Assembly: GCF_006345805.1 (NCBI RefSeq)
Contig: NC_043000.1
Coordinates: forward strand, 121,396,001 to 121,460,000
DNA length: 64,000 bases
Source of the DNA: Octopus sinensis
Taxonomy: Eukaryota
Reading direction: 5' to 3'
Below the pieces are notes generated by a model. The model was not told the origin of the DNA. It did not search any database and saw only the letters and a program-made list of their open reading frames with translations. Both the position numbers and the translations under genes were made by a program. Shown one piece after another: positions 16,756 through 29,575 of the stretch. Numbering within the stretch: position 1 is the stretch's first letter; each line of letters begins with the position of its first letter.

Positions 16756-17826
16756 TTATGAAGTATTGGTAAATTCTGGGTGATGATGGTGAAGGCTTCT
16801 TTGTTTCTGGGGTAGTATGTAGATATGTAAGGTAGTATTTTCGGGGAAAGTGTGTTGTTCTGCTATGTTGATTTCTGTTGCACGTCTGATCCCATCCTCT
16901 ATGAGTAGAGCTGGGTAATGTCTGTCAATTAGGGTGTTTTTGAGTTCTTGCAGTCTAAAGTTCCTGGTATTTTGTTCTGACACTATTGTGCATATACTTC
17001 TTGCAAGGTTGAAGGGGATGTTTGTTTTAGTGTGTCTTCGGTGGCATGAATCAAAAAGTAGGTATTGTTTGGCGTCTGTGGCTTTGTAAAAAATGTCTGT
17101 TTCTATTTTAAGGTTAATTTTTTTAATTAGTATATCCAGGAATGGGAGCTTCTTTTTGTTGTAAGCCATTGTGAGCTGTATATTTGGGTTTATGCTGTTC
17201 AATAGGTTTTTGAATTTTAAGAGTTTATCTGTGTTTTCATTCCAGAGTATAAAACAATCGTCTAAGAATCGTTTCCAATTCTCTTTTATGTATTGAGAAA
17301 GGGGGTTTCCAAAGATTGATAAAGATTCCTGGTAAATGATTATTTCCAGGTAGCCTATTGTTAGGTTCGCAATGACTGGTGCTGCCCTTGTACCCATAGC
17401 AATCCCGGATTTTTTACGGTAAAATGTATTGTCAAACATGAAGTGGTTATTATGTAGGATGAATTCAATTGATTTAGTAATGAATTCTTTACTGATCCTT
17501 TTTGGTATTTCTTCCGGAAATTGGTCCAGCCAGAACTGTATTGCCTCTAGTCCATAATTATGAGGTATACTGGTATATAAGTTAACTACATCAAATGAAA
17601 CCAGGATTGTTTCTTCCTTGGCTTTTTTTGGAAGGTGGTTTAACATATCTAAGTCATCTCTGATATGGCTATCGATATGTTTAAGGAAGGGTTTCAGGAG
17701 GATGTCCATAAATAGACTTAGTCTGTGTGTTTCACAGGTTGGGTCAGGTACAATCGGTCGTAGTTTTAGGTCCCCCGGGTTAGGTGTGTGTATGTATGTC
17801 TTTGGTGATTTTTTTAATGGTTTCAT
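16756..17826 (-). pseudogene. Penelope-type reverse transcriptase (frameshifted from the EN ORF)
   Basis: LRPIV...SFDVVNLYTSIP...GIAMGTRAAPVIANL...WKRFLDDCF...LPFLDI...IFYKATDAKQYLLFDSCH. Confidence 0.92.
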
Positions 17827-17955
17827 TTATAATTTGGCTTTTATGAATTTTTCGCAGACCATAGAAAAGGCTAGGTTTGCATTAAAGTTTGTTAGAAAGT
17901 CAATCTCTTTGGTTGTTAGTTCCTTTTCATGGGTTTTAATTAGTGAAGATAGAGT

Positions 17956-18000
<45 letters not shown>

Positions 18001-18040
18001 ATATATATATACGAGGGGCTTCTTTTTAACGTCATATATA

Positions 18041-20668
18041 TTTTATTTTTTTTTTATTTTACCTAGTTTCAGCTCACAAACTGTGGTCATGCTGAGGCAC
18101 CGCCATTTGGTGTTACTACATGATTTTAATTCACGAATGCTTTTAAGCAATTGCCATTTGGTGCATGAGAGAGTTCGATGCAGCTGCCCTCATCTGCACC
18201 TCCTGCCGTGAAGTTGGTTCATCTGGGACTCCTGACAGGAAGAGATACAGTTTTACTTTAAAGACATCTGCATCCATCCCATGCAGGTCTCTCAGGTTCT
18301 TCGGGAGGATAGTGAAGAGCTGTGGGCCTCGGAATCCCAGGCTATCACAGTATCTTGTCCTACATCTTGATGGCATATTTGGAGTCCTTGGCACTATGCA
18401 GTGGCGCCCAGGTCTAGCATTTGTGTAACTCTCGAGGCGAAAGTTTGGGACATGTCCTTCTAGGATCTTCCAGATATATATTATGTCATATCTTTCTCGC
18501 CTACACTCTAAGGAATAGAGCCTTAATCTCTTGAGCATTTCCCAGTAGCTTATATGCTGCACAGAGGCCATCTTCTTCGTGTAGCTTCGTTGGATCGCCT
18601 CAAGTTCTGTGATTAACTTGACACTGGATGGTGACCATAGCTGAGAGCAATAGTCAAAGTGGCTTAGGACAGGTGTCCTCCAGAGGACCATCATGGTTTC
18701 CAGGTCTCTTGTTCTAAAGGTTCTAAGAATCCATTCGGTCAGTCGCCTACATTTCATTGCCAATTTCATAGCAACATGCACATGAACGCGTGCATCATCA
18801 CTCATGTAAATACCCAGGTCTCGCACTGATTGTGCCTCTGGGATTGTAATCCCTCCAGGTCCAGTGTATTTATTGGGAATTGCATTTAGTTTTGCATGCT
18901 GATAGTATAAAGCTTGAAACTTTTCAGCATTGAACTGCATGCTATTCTTTTCAGCCCACTTGTATATTTTGTCCAGGTCACATTGCAGGTGCATAGTGTC
19001 TTCAGGGTTCTGTTTTGCCTGTGAAACTTTTGTATCATCTGCATAACTTGTGATCGTAGCTCTCTGCATGGCTGAGGGCATGTCTGAGAGGGCCGTTATG
19101 AACAGTAGTGGTCCCAAAACAGTGCCTTGCGGAGCACCGCTCACTATTTGCGTGTTATGAAGCCATTCTCCCAATTTTCCAACTATGCTACGATCACGCA
19201 GTTTGTGACATATCATTCCATGATCGACTTTATCAAAGGCCTTATATGACTTCCACATTTGAGTGGTTGAGCAGTCGTTTCAGCACCTAGTCATAGTGTT
19301 GTAGGAGCTGAGTTAAGCAGCTTCTTCCTGGTCAGAAACCATGTTGGGTGTCAGGAAGCAAGTTATTTTCTTCAAGGAAGGTGATTATTTACCTTCTGAC
19401 TATTCTTTCCATGACCTTGCTGATGTGTGAGGTCACAGAGATAGGTCTGTAGTTCTTGGCCTCTGCTCTGCTACCTCCTTTATGAATATGGCATATTTTA
19501 CCTTCCTTCAGTTTTCTTGGGAGTTTGCCAGTTGAAAGGAAGCTCTGAAAGAGGAACTGCAGTGGTCTTGCTAGGACTCGTTTACATACTTTTAGAAGGA
19601 TTGCTGGGAATCCATCGGGGCCAGTAGCTGAGTTTGTTTTCATTTCATCTATAGCCTTTATAGCATCGTCTTCCTTTATATTGATGTAATCAATCATCGC
19701 TGCCTCTGATTTTATATCTGCAGTGGTAAAGAAGTCAGTTGGATTGCTGACTTGAAAATTCCCTAGGGTTGGAGTGAAAATACTCTTGAATTGCTCATTT
19801 AGTATTTCTCTTATCTTCATTGGATTTCCTGTGAGTATGCCATCCTTTTCAAGGAGTGGCCTTATCCAACAGTGCACCGTAGCTGTGTCTTTGGCATACT
19901 TGTAGAAAGCTCTGGGTTTAGATTTTATGTTGTCTATAGCCCAGGCTTCTTTGTCTGCTCTTTCTTTTTCATGGAAGATTTGCAGACATTTTTCAATTTC
20001 CAACAGTTTTATTTTCGGGCGGGACTTTTCACTGCTCTCAATTTGTTTGTTTAGGCGATTTGAAACTTTTGTACGCCGTCTCATTAGAATTTTTCTCTCT
20101 CTGGGGATTTTGTTCTCGTGTACAGTGGCCTTTCTCTCTAGGACACATTTGTAGTATATGGCTTGCATTACAGACATGAATTGTTGAAGTTTCATGTCGA
20201 TGTCTGGCGAGGAGAGCCATTCAGGCCAGTTTTGTTTGAGGATCTCTTTCTCAATTTGTTTCCAGTTACCCTTATGGAAGTTCAAGCTGGAAAGATTCTG
20301 AGGGTTTCTTGTAGACTGCATGTCCATGCTTTCCTTTGGCCCGTACATGGTCAGCTCTACCATGTTGTGATCCGAGAGTAGTGTCGGTGTCAATTTCACA
20401 TTATGGATGAGATCCATATTATATGTGAAGTAGAGAACCAGTATGTTACCTGCCCTGGTTGGTTGGAGTATTATTTGCTCCATGTACAGAGTGTTGATGA
20501 AGTTCAGGAGGGACCTCGCCTGTCCTCGTTCGCATCGTGTCATTCCTGGGAGAGAAAGGCCCTCGGGCCATCTGACATTGGCAGATATATAAAGCTGAAA
20601 TTGTTTGTGTGTGGCAGGTTTGGTAGCCTTCAACTAAAACTATCTCCTCCGAGATCCTGCGACGCAAG
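18041..20668 (-). mobile_element. 5'-truncated APE/RT LINE (jockey/CR1-group-like), frameshifted
   Basis: APE C-terminus (QPTRAGNIL...SDHN), RT (ATGPDGFP, NYRPISVTSHISKVMER, KAFDKVDH, GAPQGTVLGPLLF, YADD), C-terminal PDEP...RAAASNSL, 3' UTR and A-rich tail at 18041-18060. Confidence 0.95.
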
Positions 20669-20669
20669 T

Positions 20670-20971
20670 TGACCGAAATTGAGAGTATGAGAGAGAAGGC
20701 TTGCTCTTCATTTATAGGAGATAAAATTCAAATCGGACTATGTTAGCACCAAAAATTATTCACATAAAAAATGTGCTTTTTTTCTATGAAACATCCCTAT
20801 TTTTTACGATTGTTTCACTGCTGTGTCGCTATTTTACGGTGTATTTCAACCAGAAAAATGTTCCCCTAAAGAGAATAACAAACTATGTAATGCTGCGTAA
20901 TTTTTTTCTTTTCAGAAATTCCAATTGTAAAGGGTTGAAACAAACCCGAGCAAAGCCGGACGTTACTGCTA

Positions 20972-20972
<1 letters not shown>
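20670..20972 (+). mobile_element. Helitron 3' fragment
   Basis: Ends cccgagcaaagccgga-cgttactg-CTAG|T, similar to the 3' end of the 8791-9303 Helitron; no 5' TC end seen. Confidence 0.7.
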
Positions 20973-21009
<37 letters not shown>

Positions 21010-21039
21010 GCGAGAAAGAAGCAACAAGAATGGATAGGT

Positions 21040-21130
21040 TTTTAGTACGATCGTTTCATACAAGGACAGGTTTTATTAAAAGTTGCAAAGATTACAGCAT
21101 ATAAACGAGTCCCGTACTCATCAGCTAAAA
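21040..21130 (-). ncRNA. Type I hammerhead ribozyme (left arm, mirror copy)
   Basis: Reverse complement of the 21710-21800 motif with 6-bp stem I UUUUAG/CUAAAA. Confidence 0.8.
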
Positions 21131-21709
21131 TACATGTAAGTTCTCTAGACATCCTAGTGTTTGAGGCTATACTCATGAAGTAATGTAGATAATTAAACAG
21201 ATTTCTAAAGTTCATTAAAGTTCCTTAAAGATGATGTATAGTCTTATCACAGAATTTTAAAAAAGCTACAGCCTCTTGTGAATAGCAGTAATGTGATTAA
21301 TATGGCAAACACCTAATCATATAACAAGGATGGTACCTACCTCATTGTGGTTCAACCATTGTAAAATTTATCGCCTGTGATATGAAATTCATCTCCATTT
21401 CTCTGGAAATTTACATCTACACCATTGGAATCTGTGCATATATACAAAGGATTATATTCACCCTCTCTGTAATGCTAATAACAATGGATAAAATTGTCTT
21501 CTGTGAGTATATAATCCCTCATCATATCTATGGAAATTCATATGGTTAAGTCACCTTCTCTGTGATGCTATCAAAACTTTTTAAAATTCTGTGATAAGAC
21601 TATACATCATCTTTAAGGAACTTTAATGAACTTAGAAATCTGTTTAATTATCTACATTACTTCATGAGTATAGCCTCAAACACTAGGATGTCTAGAGAAC
21701 TTACATGTA

Positions 21710-21800
21710 TTTAGCTGATGAGTACGGGACTCGTTTATATGGCTGTAATCTTTGCAACTTTTAATAAAACCTGTCCTTGTATGAAACGATCGTACTAAAA
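21710..21800 (+). ncRNA. Type I hammerhead ribozyme (right arm)
   Basis: UUUAG-CUGAUGA(21715-21)-GUACGGGAC...GUCC(U)UGUAU-GAAA(21783-86)-CGAUCG-UA^-CUAAA; palindromic stem III ACGAUCGU; G10.1-U11.1 wobble. Confidence 0.8.
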
Positions 21801-22672
21801 CCTATCCATTCTTGTTGCTTCTTTCTCGCTTATAATCACCCCACATTACTGTATTGTTAAATCAGTATAGTTTTTTTGGTGCATCTAAGTTAGGTACCAT
21901 ATTCAAGTAAATTTTTTAAATTAACTTGAATCTTTATTGCTCTTTGTATATATATATATATATACGATGGGCTTCTTTTTAACGTCATATATATATATAC
22001 ATATATATATGACGTTAAAATTTCACAAAACTTTAAGAAGTGTTTCTCTTTGACGATATTCGAACGATAATAATACATGTAATGTGTAATAAATATGCAA
22101 TATAATAAACACAAAATGAAAATATGCGAACGTTATAACAAACAATGTTTAGATCAAATGAAATGGAGAAATTTTATTGGATGGCAATGAGAACAGTGTT
22201 ACTGAAAATAGGAACTTTGAATGAAATGTCGGTTAAAGTTGGTGAGGCAAATTATAAAGTCAGTTTATGACAAGCATAAAAATATACATCTGTGTAGATG
22301 AAAAATATATTTATTTATAGAAAAAGGATAAAGCATACAGTTGGGTGTTTGCAAAGAAAATTTTACCGCTTCGAAATGAAGGAATATAGGCATTTTTTTT
22401 TAATGAAGGATATATTCTTGAACTCTATAGCATTAAAAGCAAAACAAGATACAAACGATCGTAATATGTTTACATAGGAAATAGCACGTTTATCATTCAT
22501 AAAATCAAGTAGCACGTTCAAAATAATGAGCAAATCTTTCTGTTTTTTTTTTAATTGCTGCTTATGAAGTACACTAGTGATTTGAAATCTTGAGAAATTT
22601 GCTGTTTGTACTAACCTATGGAGGAAGACGTTGCCATCAACAGTCAAGTCTAATATAAACTACTATTCGCTG

Positions 22673-22747
<75 letters not shown>

Positions 22748-23259
22748 GCGTACACAAATATTTAATGGTATAGGTGTGGACATGTGTGCGTATAACTTCA
22801 ATATGTTTGTAACCGTCTTTTAGTATTATGAGTTATTTTTTATCGCGAACCATTCCTCCTAAACAAGTTACGCCTTGACTACTCTTATAATTGGTTCAAA
22901 ACATCAAACTAGAATCACGCTGTATGTTTGCTGTCATTTATAACCTTCCTCGATATTTTCTCTCACTTCTATCTAGCTTCAAACACCATCTGTCCGCTTA
23001 ATTGATAATTGAGCTGATAGTAAAGACGGATTTTATTTTAATTTCTTATTTAAATTCTGGTCATTAAAAAAATTATTATCGCCATTCGTAATTTATGCGG
23101 TTTTTGCTCAGAAATATATTTGATTTTCGTTCGTGTGACAGTTGAACTTTATGTAGGTTGAAAGATAAATACAAGTAGGAAAACGTATTTGTTCGTTACG
23201 TATGTGTTTCTAATGACATGTGCTTATCTGTATATATACATAACTGAAGATGCTTATAG

Positions 23260-23835
23260 GGACACTTTCCCACAGAAGGCCATGGAATGCGCCTGAGACA
23301 GGAATATTTACAGGAGTTGTAAGTATATGGGTAATTTATACCTGCTCACACCTCGCTCTCGTTGGCTGTATTGGTTAGCAATGCCTCTGCTCAATCAGAA
23401 ACAGGCAAGAAGGCAAGGCATCTCAGAAAATACATAGACTATATTTCATCTGCAGCCATGAATGCATGTGAGTAATTTGCAGGCCCTGGTTAATTTAGCA
23501 ATGAGTCTTGGAACAGCACCGGTCCTGAGCAATACAGTTTGATCACCTACCATATCTATGCTAGAACAGGTGACTATAGTGTATCCCGTTGGATAGTCGC
23601 ATGTAAACCTTTTGGATACATCACCTACGAAGCAGTATTTTGTGTGATAAACCATCTTAAGCAGTCAGCTTCGTGGCGTTTTCTATCAGTGTAGTTATCC
23701 AACCTGCCTTCTACAGCTGGGAATACATAGAATCGACATATCATCAAGATGATCTCATGCGACCATCGCCCTGCGGTATACACGACAACTACCTAACCTT
23801 ATATACCATGTTGGTCGATCACAGTTAAACATGTG
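23260..23835 (+). pseudogene. Possible decayed intronless rhodopsin-like (class A) GPCR
   Basis: Frame +1 with stops: LSLAVLVSNA...KKARHLRKYIDYI...SVSRWIVACKPFGY. After a frameshift: AVSFVAFSISVVIQPAFYSW...SPC...YLTLYTMLV. Order resembles TM1-ICL1-TM2...DRY-like motif-TM4-ECL2-TM5. Motif-level resemblance only. Confidence 0.3.
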
Positions 23836-25648
23836 ATGATTCAATGGCGCAAGCCAAGGCCCTTACGAAACTTTTTATTGCACAGAGATACCATTGCGAT
23901 TAAATATCTCTTCATAATGAATCGAGTATTATAAATGCATACATGTCCGTCGCTAAGAAGTGATATCTAAACTGAATATTTATCGTATTTTCCTTGTTCT
24001 ATATGTTTAATCTCAATAGCGTTTTTCTGTCTCTGTTTGCAAAGAAACAATTTCTAGTCTGTGAATGACTGAAGTTTACATTTCAATAACCTTCTGTGTA
24101 TGTATGTGACGTCTTCTCTGTGTTAAAAGATATAAAATCCTTTAAAGTATACGTTTGTATGTCTGTGCTTAGCTATATTCATCTTTATGCAATTCGCAAC
24201 TATTTTGTTCTAGTGACACTTTGGAGAGCCTGTCGGGCAAAGTAATTAATTATGTTTGATTTTTCAGCTGGAGATTCATTAGAAGCTTACAGATTTCCAA
24301 CTTTAGGGAAAAACTTCTTGGTGCAAGAAGTGAGCGTTGAAACCAACAGTACAGATTACAGAATGTGTGTACACGTGCTGTGTTTTTACGAAGATGGTAA
24401 TTAGCCTTCTGTTTAATACGACCATATAGTATAGTGCTAGAAACAAATTTTGAATACACCCACCGCCTTATTGTTAGTTGCATCATATTGGATCTCAGCA
24501 AACAGTCAATATGCCACCGAATATCAACGGTATATGGTTTAATTTGCTTGCATTACAAATGTTGTACTGTTCTCAGTTTCTCTGTTATATTCCAATCTAC
24601 ATTATATTAAGCAATCAGCTTCGTGGCGTTTTCTAACAGTGTAGTTATCCAATCTGCCTTCTACAGCTATATAGTAGATATAGAAAATATCCTAACGCAG
24701 TATTTTGTGATGTGGACGACTGATGAATATTCTTGGGAGGATATAAATTTGTGGTACAATTTCATGGATATATGCTGTGATTATAAATAAATGTTTCGAA
24801 AGGGGTGATTTTTTTTTATTACCCACAAGGGGCTATACACGGAATGGGACAATACAAAACAAGACAAACATAAACTCGAGGAACTTAAAATACAAAAAGA
24901 TGAATTAAGACGAAAAAATTAAGGAAAATGAAGGAAAATATCGAAAGATATAAATGAGGCGCAATGCCCACTCGCCCCCCGAAGACGAATGGTTACATTT
25001 CGACATTTTCTTTTCTTTTCTCGTAAATGAATTTCACAAAAATTACAATTGAATTTTTCTTTTTAGTCTCTCATAATCCATTATGGTAGGTGGGCTTTCA
25101 TGTAACCGACACCATTTCACCAGTTTAACTTTTTTTTTTGCGACGCCCTCCATGAATTTGCTGTAACTCTCGCCAGGTATCAGAAAACCCTACATCCTTA
25201 CTTTTACCTGACACAGAGAGAATGAATAGTGAAAATGTTTCGAAACGGGACACGAAAGGGGATTTATGATAGCACAGCATGAAACTTACGTGTAAAAGAC
25301 TAAGGAAGATATAAAGGATGGATTCGCCTTATTGGTGCAATCCTTCAACCACGTGAGTGTGGAAATAATGTAAGGGGATCAAGTGAATCGAAGCATGCTA
25401 TAAAGAACGTAGGATTTTAACTGTTATTGTAAGCTTCTATAAATTGAAAGATTTTGAATCATCGAATACTCAAATATTCTTGGAATTTTCTTTTGTGAGT
25501 AACAAAACCTAGGAGTTCTCATTTTCACACACAAATACACACACACACATATACACACAAACGCACACATATATGTATATGCATATATAAGCATGTATGT
25601 ACCCACACATATAGTTATATATATATGTATAAATACATACATACATAT

Positions 25649-25695
<47 letters not shown>

Positions 25696-26274
25696 ATATA
25701 TATATATTTATATGCAGACACACGTGCACAATCACACATAGGCACACACAAATATACATGCATTTAAGAATGCGTAGAGCGTGCGCGTGGTACTATGTCT
25801 GTCGCCTGTCTTCTGTGATGGTGCTGTACCGTTCGTTATGCTGTACGTGTTTGAGGCCCAAGAACATTAGTTTTCTTCTAAGAGCTGTAATGAAATAATA
25901 ATGATATGGATATTCTATCACAGCTAGTGAATATTTGAAATGAACAATATATAATAGAGTTATAGTGCGCTGCAGAAAGAAATCAATTTTAATTTTGGGG
26001 AGAAATTGGGAGGGAAAACCATTACATGGGTGTGTGTGGAGGGGTTGTGTTGGGTTGTGTGTGTATGTGTGTATATGTGTATATGTGCATATAACTTAGA
26101 TATGTGTCAACCAAAGTTTGGTCCAAACCATGTCTAACTTAATAGCATTAACTGATAGGATTGGCTAAGTCATTTCTGAATCAAGATTTGTAGCATCATG
26201 GTCTATTTGAGTAGGGAGTTCTTGTTGAGTGTTACATCCAGGTATAGATGGCTTTTTGGGTATTCATTGAAGAA

Positions 26275-26322
<48 letters not shown>

Positions 26323-26594
26323 TATATATATATACTTAAATATATTTATTGTGTGTTTGTGTGTATGTATGTGTGTATACATATGCATATCCGTCTATCT
26401 ATCTATCCATCCATACACACACACATATATATATATATGCATACATATACACATACACAGGTATGCATACATATGTACTTATATATCTTTCTCTATCTAT
26501 CTAACTATCTATCTATCTATCTATCTATCTATATATATATATATATATAATTATATACTTACATACACACACATACACACATACGCACACACAT

Positions 26595-26665
<71 letters not shown>

Positions 26666-27012
26666 GTATTAAACATAAGCATATATATGCAGGCGTGTGT
26701 ATGTGTGAATGTATGTATCTATGCAGTTCAGGAGTTGGGTTGGGGGATAGACAGAGCGGGACTGATTGAGAAGGAAAGAGATGAAGAGAATGAACAATTA
26801 ATGTTGTTATAGAGACTGACAGGGAAGAAGGGAAAAAATCGGAAAGAGTAACTAGATGGAGATTGAAATGTTATGCAAAAAATAAATATAAGATAAGAGA
26901 TGGCGAGTAACAGCGAGAACAAGTGATAGAATGACGGATAAAGTAGTGAAGGAGAGAGAGAGAGAGGGGGGATCGTTAATATTTTCAGCTCAGATGGATT
27001 TAGATGACAAAT

Positions 27013-27050
<38 letters not shown>

Positions 27051-27724
27051 TGAGATAGAGAGAGAGAGAGAGTGAAAGAGAGAGAGAGTGAGAGAGAGAG
27101 AGAGCATTTCTACGAAAGTAAACAGGAGACGAAAAAAATCATTATGTTTAAACGAGGGAGAGAAATAGGTGGAAAATCCGAAAGATAATAAAGTAGGAAG
27201 AAATGGTGGCCAATGGTGGGGAATACATTTGAGAAAATAAGAAGCTTAATCGGATTATGGTGATATAATAGAAGAGGAAACGCTGAAAGGAGTCTTAAAA
27301 ACGCTAGAAAGTAAATAAAGGAAAGGAAATTAAAAGCTATGCTGCATTATAAGTTAAATATGGAAGCGGGAGAGATGAATCAGAAAATGACTTGATATAT
27401 AACGTCTTAAACAAATACATCTTCTGTATTGACATAAATTTGAACAGAAACCATATTGTCCACGTGATCATCGCGTTTTAATTACTCTCTACCGTTGATC
27501 GCAGAATAGAAATGCAATCAACGTGGGAGTAAATTTTAGGTAGTAATTGTAATAAGCGTAATAATTTATGTTTGAATTTTCAATGAATTTCATTTAGCAG
27601 AGAAGTAACACCCATTGGGTTACAGTTATTTATGGTCCAATTATGTATTAATATTGCGGTTGCACTGACATGAGGTGGGTTTTCAAGAAGTGTAAAAGAT
27701 AATATGGTGAATATTTACATTATT

Positions 27725-28290
27725 TACAATTGACGGTGAAACATGCCGCACCCTCAAAATACGGATAGAGGAACATCGCAAAGCAGTGACACGAGGAGAT
27801 ATTGATAAATCTGGTATGGAAAAATGGATACCACACCCCCCTGTGGGATGAAGTTAAAATAATAGACAGAGAACACCACTGGAAAATACGAAAACTAAAA
27901 GAAGCAGCATATAAGCTAGGACACAATATCTTCCTAAGCAGGCCGAGTGCAGATTTGAACAGCATATGGGAACCGGTATTAAGGAAGGATAGGAAAATAT
28001 TAGATTCATAAGCACTAAAATTCACCCCATAATTGCCCATGGGTATGTGGCGGAGTGGTTAAGACCGTGAGCTACTTACCCCAAGATTCCGAGTTCGATT
28101 CCAGGCAGTGACCTGAATAATAATAACAACAACAATAATAATAACAACAAGTATTAAAACCCAAGTTCGAAATTTCCCCAAGAAATATACCCAAGGTTGG
28201 AGGGTATATTAGCCGAAACTTTGTGTTAACAACAAACAAGATGAGGACAAATATCCATCAATTGTAAATAATGTACATAATTCCTAATTT
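27725..28290 (+). mobile_element. Degenerate Penelope-like 3' part (GIY-YIG end plus decayed pLTR)
   Basis: GETCRTLKIRIEEHRKAV...PLWDEVKIIDREHHWKIRKLKEA; decayed hammerhead half ggttggagggtatattagccgaaac near 28195-28220. Confidence 0.8.
28041..28115 (+). mobile_element. Short tRNA-derived SINE head with (AAT/AAC)n tail, inside the PLE
   Basis: A box tggcggagtgg, B box gagttcgattcc, simple-repeat tail. Confidence 0.6.
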
Positions 28291-28919
28291 CTTAAATATA
28301 GAACTGTATAATAATGAATATTGTTTGGCAAAGCAGTAATTGCGTATTTCTTGTACTTCTGTGAAATTGTTAGGGGAGAACGAAAAAATATTTAGTTATT
28401 AACGAATTTGTTTTTAATTCCCTTTCTTGGATCATTTTTCATAAACAAATATTATCTACCCTGCTGTAAAAGATAGGAATGAAACAAATTCTGATGGAGA
28501 CTTAGATATTTGTTTATGACCTATACGGTTTAACCATGGTTAGCTTCCGTCAAAGGAAGCTACACTTCATTAAACTTGGGCAGGGACAACATTTGAACTC
28601 TTAGCTTTGAGATACGTGGCTGATCCATATCTTTACATATAGCTAATATGTATAGTTTCAACGAGGGTGATTATGATCTTGCAGGTGTTAGAAAAAGAAC
28701 CAATCCTTCTTCAAAAAAGACGGGTGGATTCCAACTAGAACGCCTTTACCACAGTGACCTGAATAGTTCTTGACCAAACCTGGGGTTAAATAATAATCTT
28801 ATATTTGTATTCAATTCATAAATCCACGATATTTAATTCCCTTGACGTAGCTAATGGCGCATTTTAATAAGACATTTATGCATAATTATATTGACAGGTA
28901 CAGATAATATAATAATGGT

Positions 28920-29130
28920 TTTAGATTTTGAACAAGGCCAGCAATTTCAGGGAAGAACGTTGGTCAATTGCATCAAATCCACTGCTTAACTGGTACTTAT
29001 TTTATCGATCTCCGAACAAATGACAGACAAAATTTACCTAGGCGGAATTTGAACTCATAACGTAAAAACAGACGAAAGGGCGCTAATCATTTTGCCTGGC
29101 TTGATAACGATTTTGCCAGCTCGCCGCCTT
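28920..29130 (-). mobile_element. tRNA-derived SINE, family B (diverged)
   Basis: Reverse complement ggcggcgagctggca...gagttcaaattccgcc...gataaaataagtaccag. Confidence 0.8.
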
Positions 29131-29167
29131 TACAGAAAATCTACTACTACTACTACTACTACTACTG

Positions 29168-29206
<39 letters not shown>

Positions 29207-29467
29207 ATAATAATAATAATAATAATAATAATTTATATACTAGATATATCGATTTTTACATGTAACATTTCACAAAACAGTTTACACAATTTATTGAGAA
29301 TCTCCAGAAAGTGGATTAACTATTAAGAGATCGAACTGCCAAATCGATTTACATGATTCTACACTATTAAACGAAAACAAAGTTAATATTGCATTGGAAA
29401 AGAAGTTAATTTACATTTGTAAATTTCAGGAGATTCATTACAGAACTAATTCTTATAAATTCTTAGA

Positions 29468-29575
29468 ATCGTTCTGAGTTCAAATTCCGCCGAGGTCGAC
29501 TTCGCCCTTCATCCTTCCGGGTCGATTAAATAAGTACCATTTACGCACTGGGGGTCGATGTAATCGACTTTATTC
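29468..29575 (+). mobile_element. SINE family B fragment
   Basis: cgttctgagttcaaattccgccgaggtcgac...tcatcc...gtcgattaaataagtacc. Confidence 0.85.

Larger units (their letters stand above)
15960..17948 (-). mobile_element. 5'-truncated Penelope-like retroelement (RT + GIY-YIG + 3' hammerhead)
   Basis: RT ORF 16756-17826, EN ORF 16182-16661, hammerhead in the 3' UTR; flanked by (TA)n and (TA)n(GA)n. Confidence 0.95.
21010..21946. mobile_element. Fold-back element: about 255-bp arms (21010-21265 / 21577-21829), 311-bp spacer, about 117-bp tail, (TA)n flanks
   Basis: Arms are reverse complements apart from a few single-base indels; one hammerhead per arm. Confidence 0.92.

Noticed and set aside
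23245-23295. ctgaagatgc...gcatggaatgcg
   Set aside because: No intact GAAA or stem I.
23446-23655. Minus-strand ORF containing LLRTGAVPRLIAKL (armadillo-like)
   Set aside because: Single short motif, no clear splice sites, and the opposite strand gives a more coherent (still weak) GPCR-like signal.
24715-24755. CTGATGA followed by a 7-bp hairpin and AAA
   Set aside because: G12 is missing and there is no convincing stem I or III.
28041-28115. tRNA-like A/B boxes here and at the other SINE heads
   Set aside because: No complete cloverleaf with acceptor stem; they continue into SINE bodies or tails, so they are not tRNA genes.
28185-28230. ggttggagggtatattagccgaaac hammerhead half
   Set aside because: The CUGANGA strand is lost; inactive remnant.
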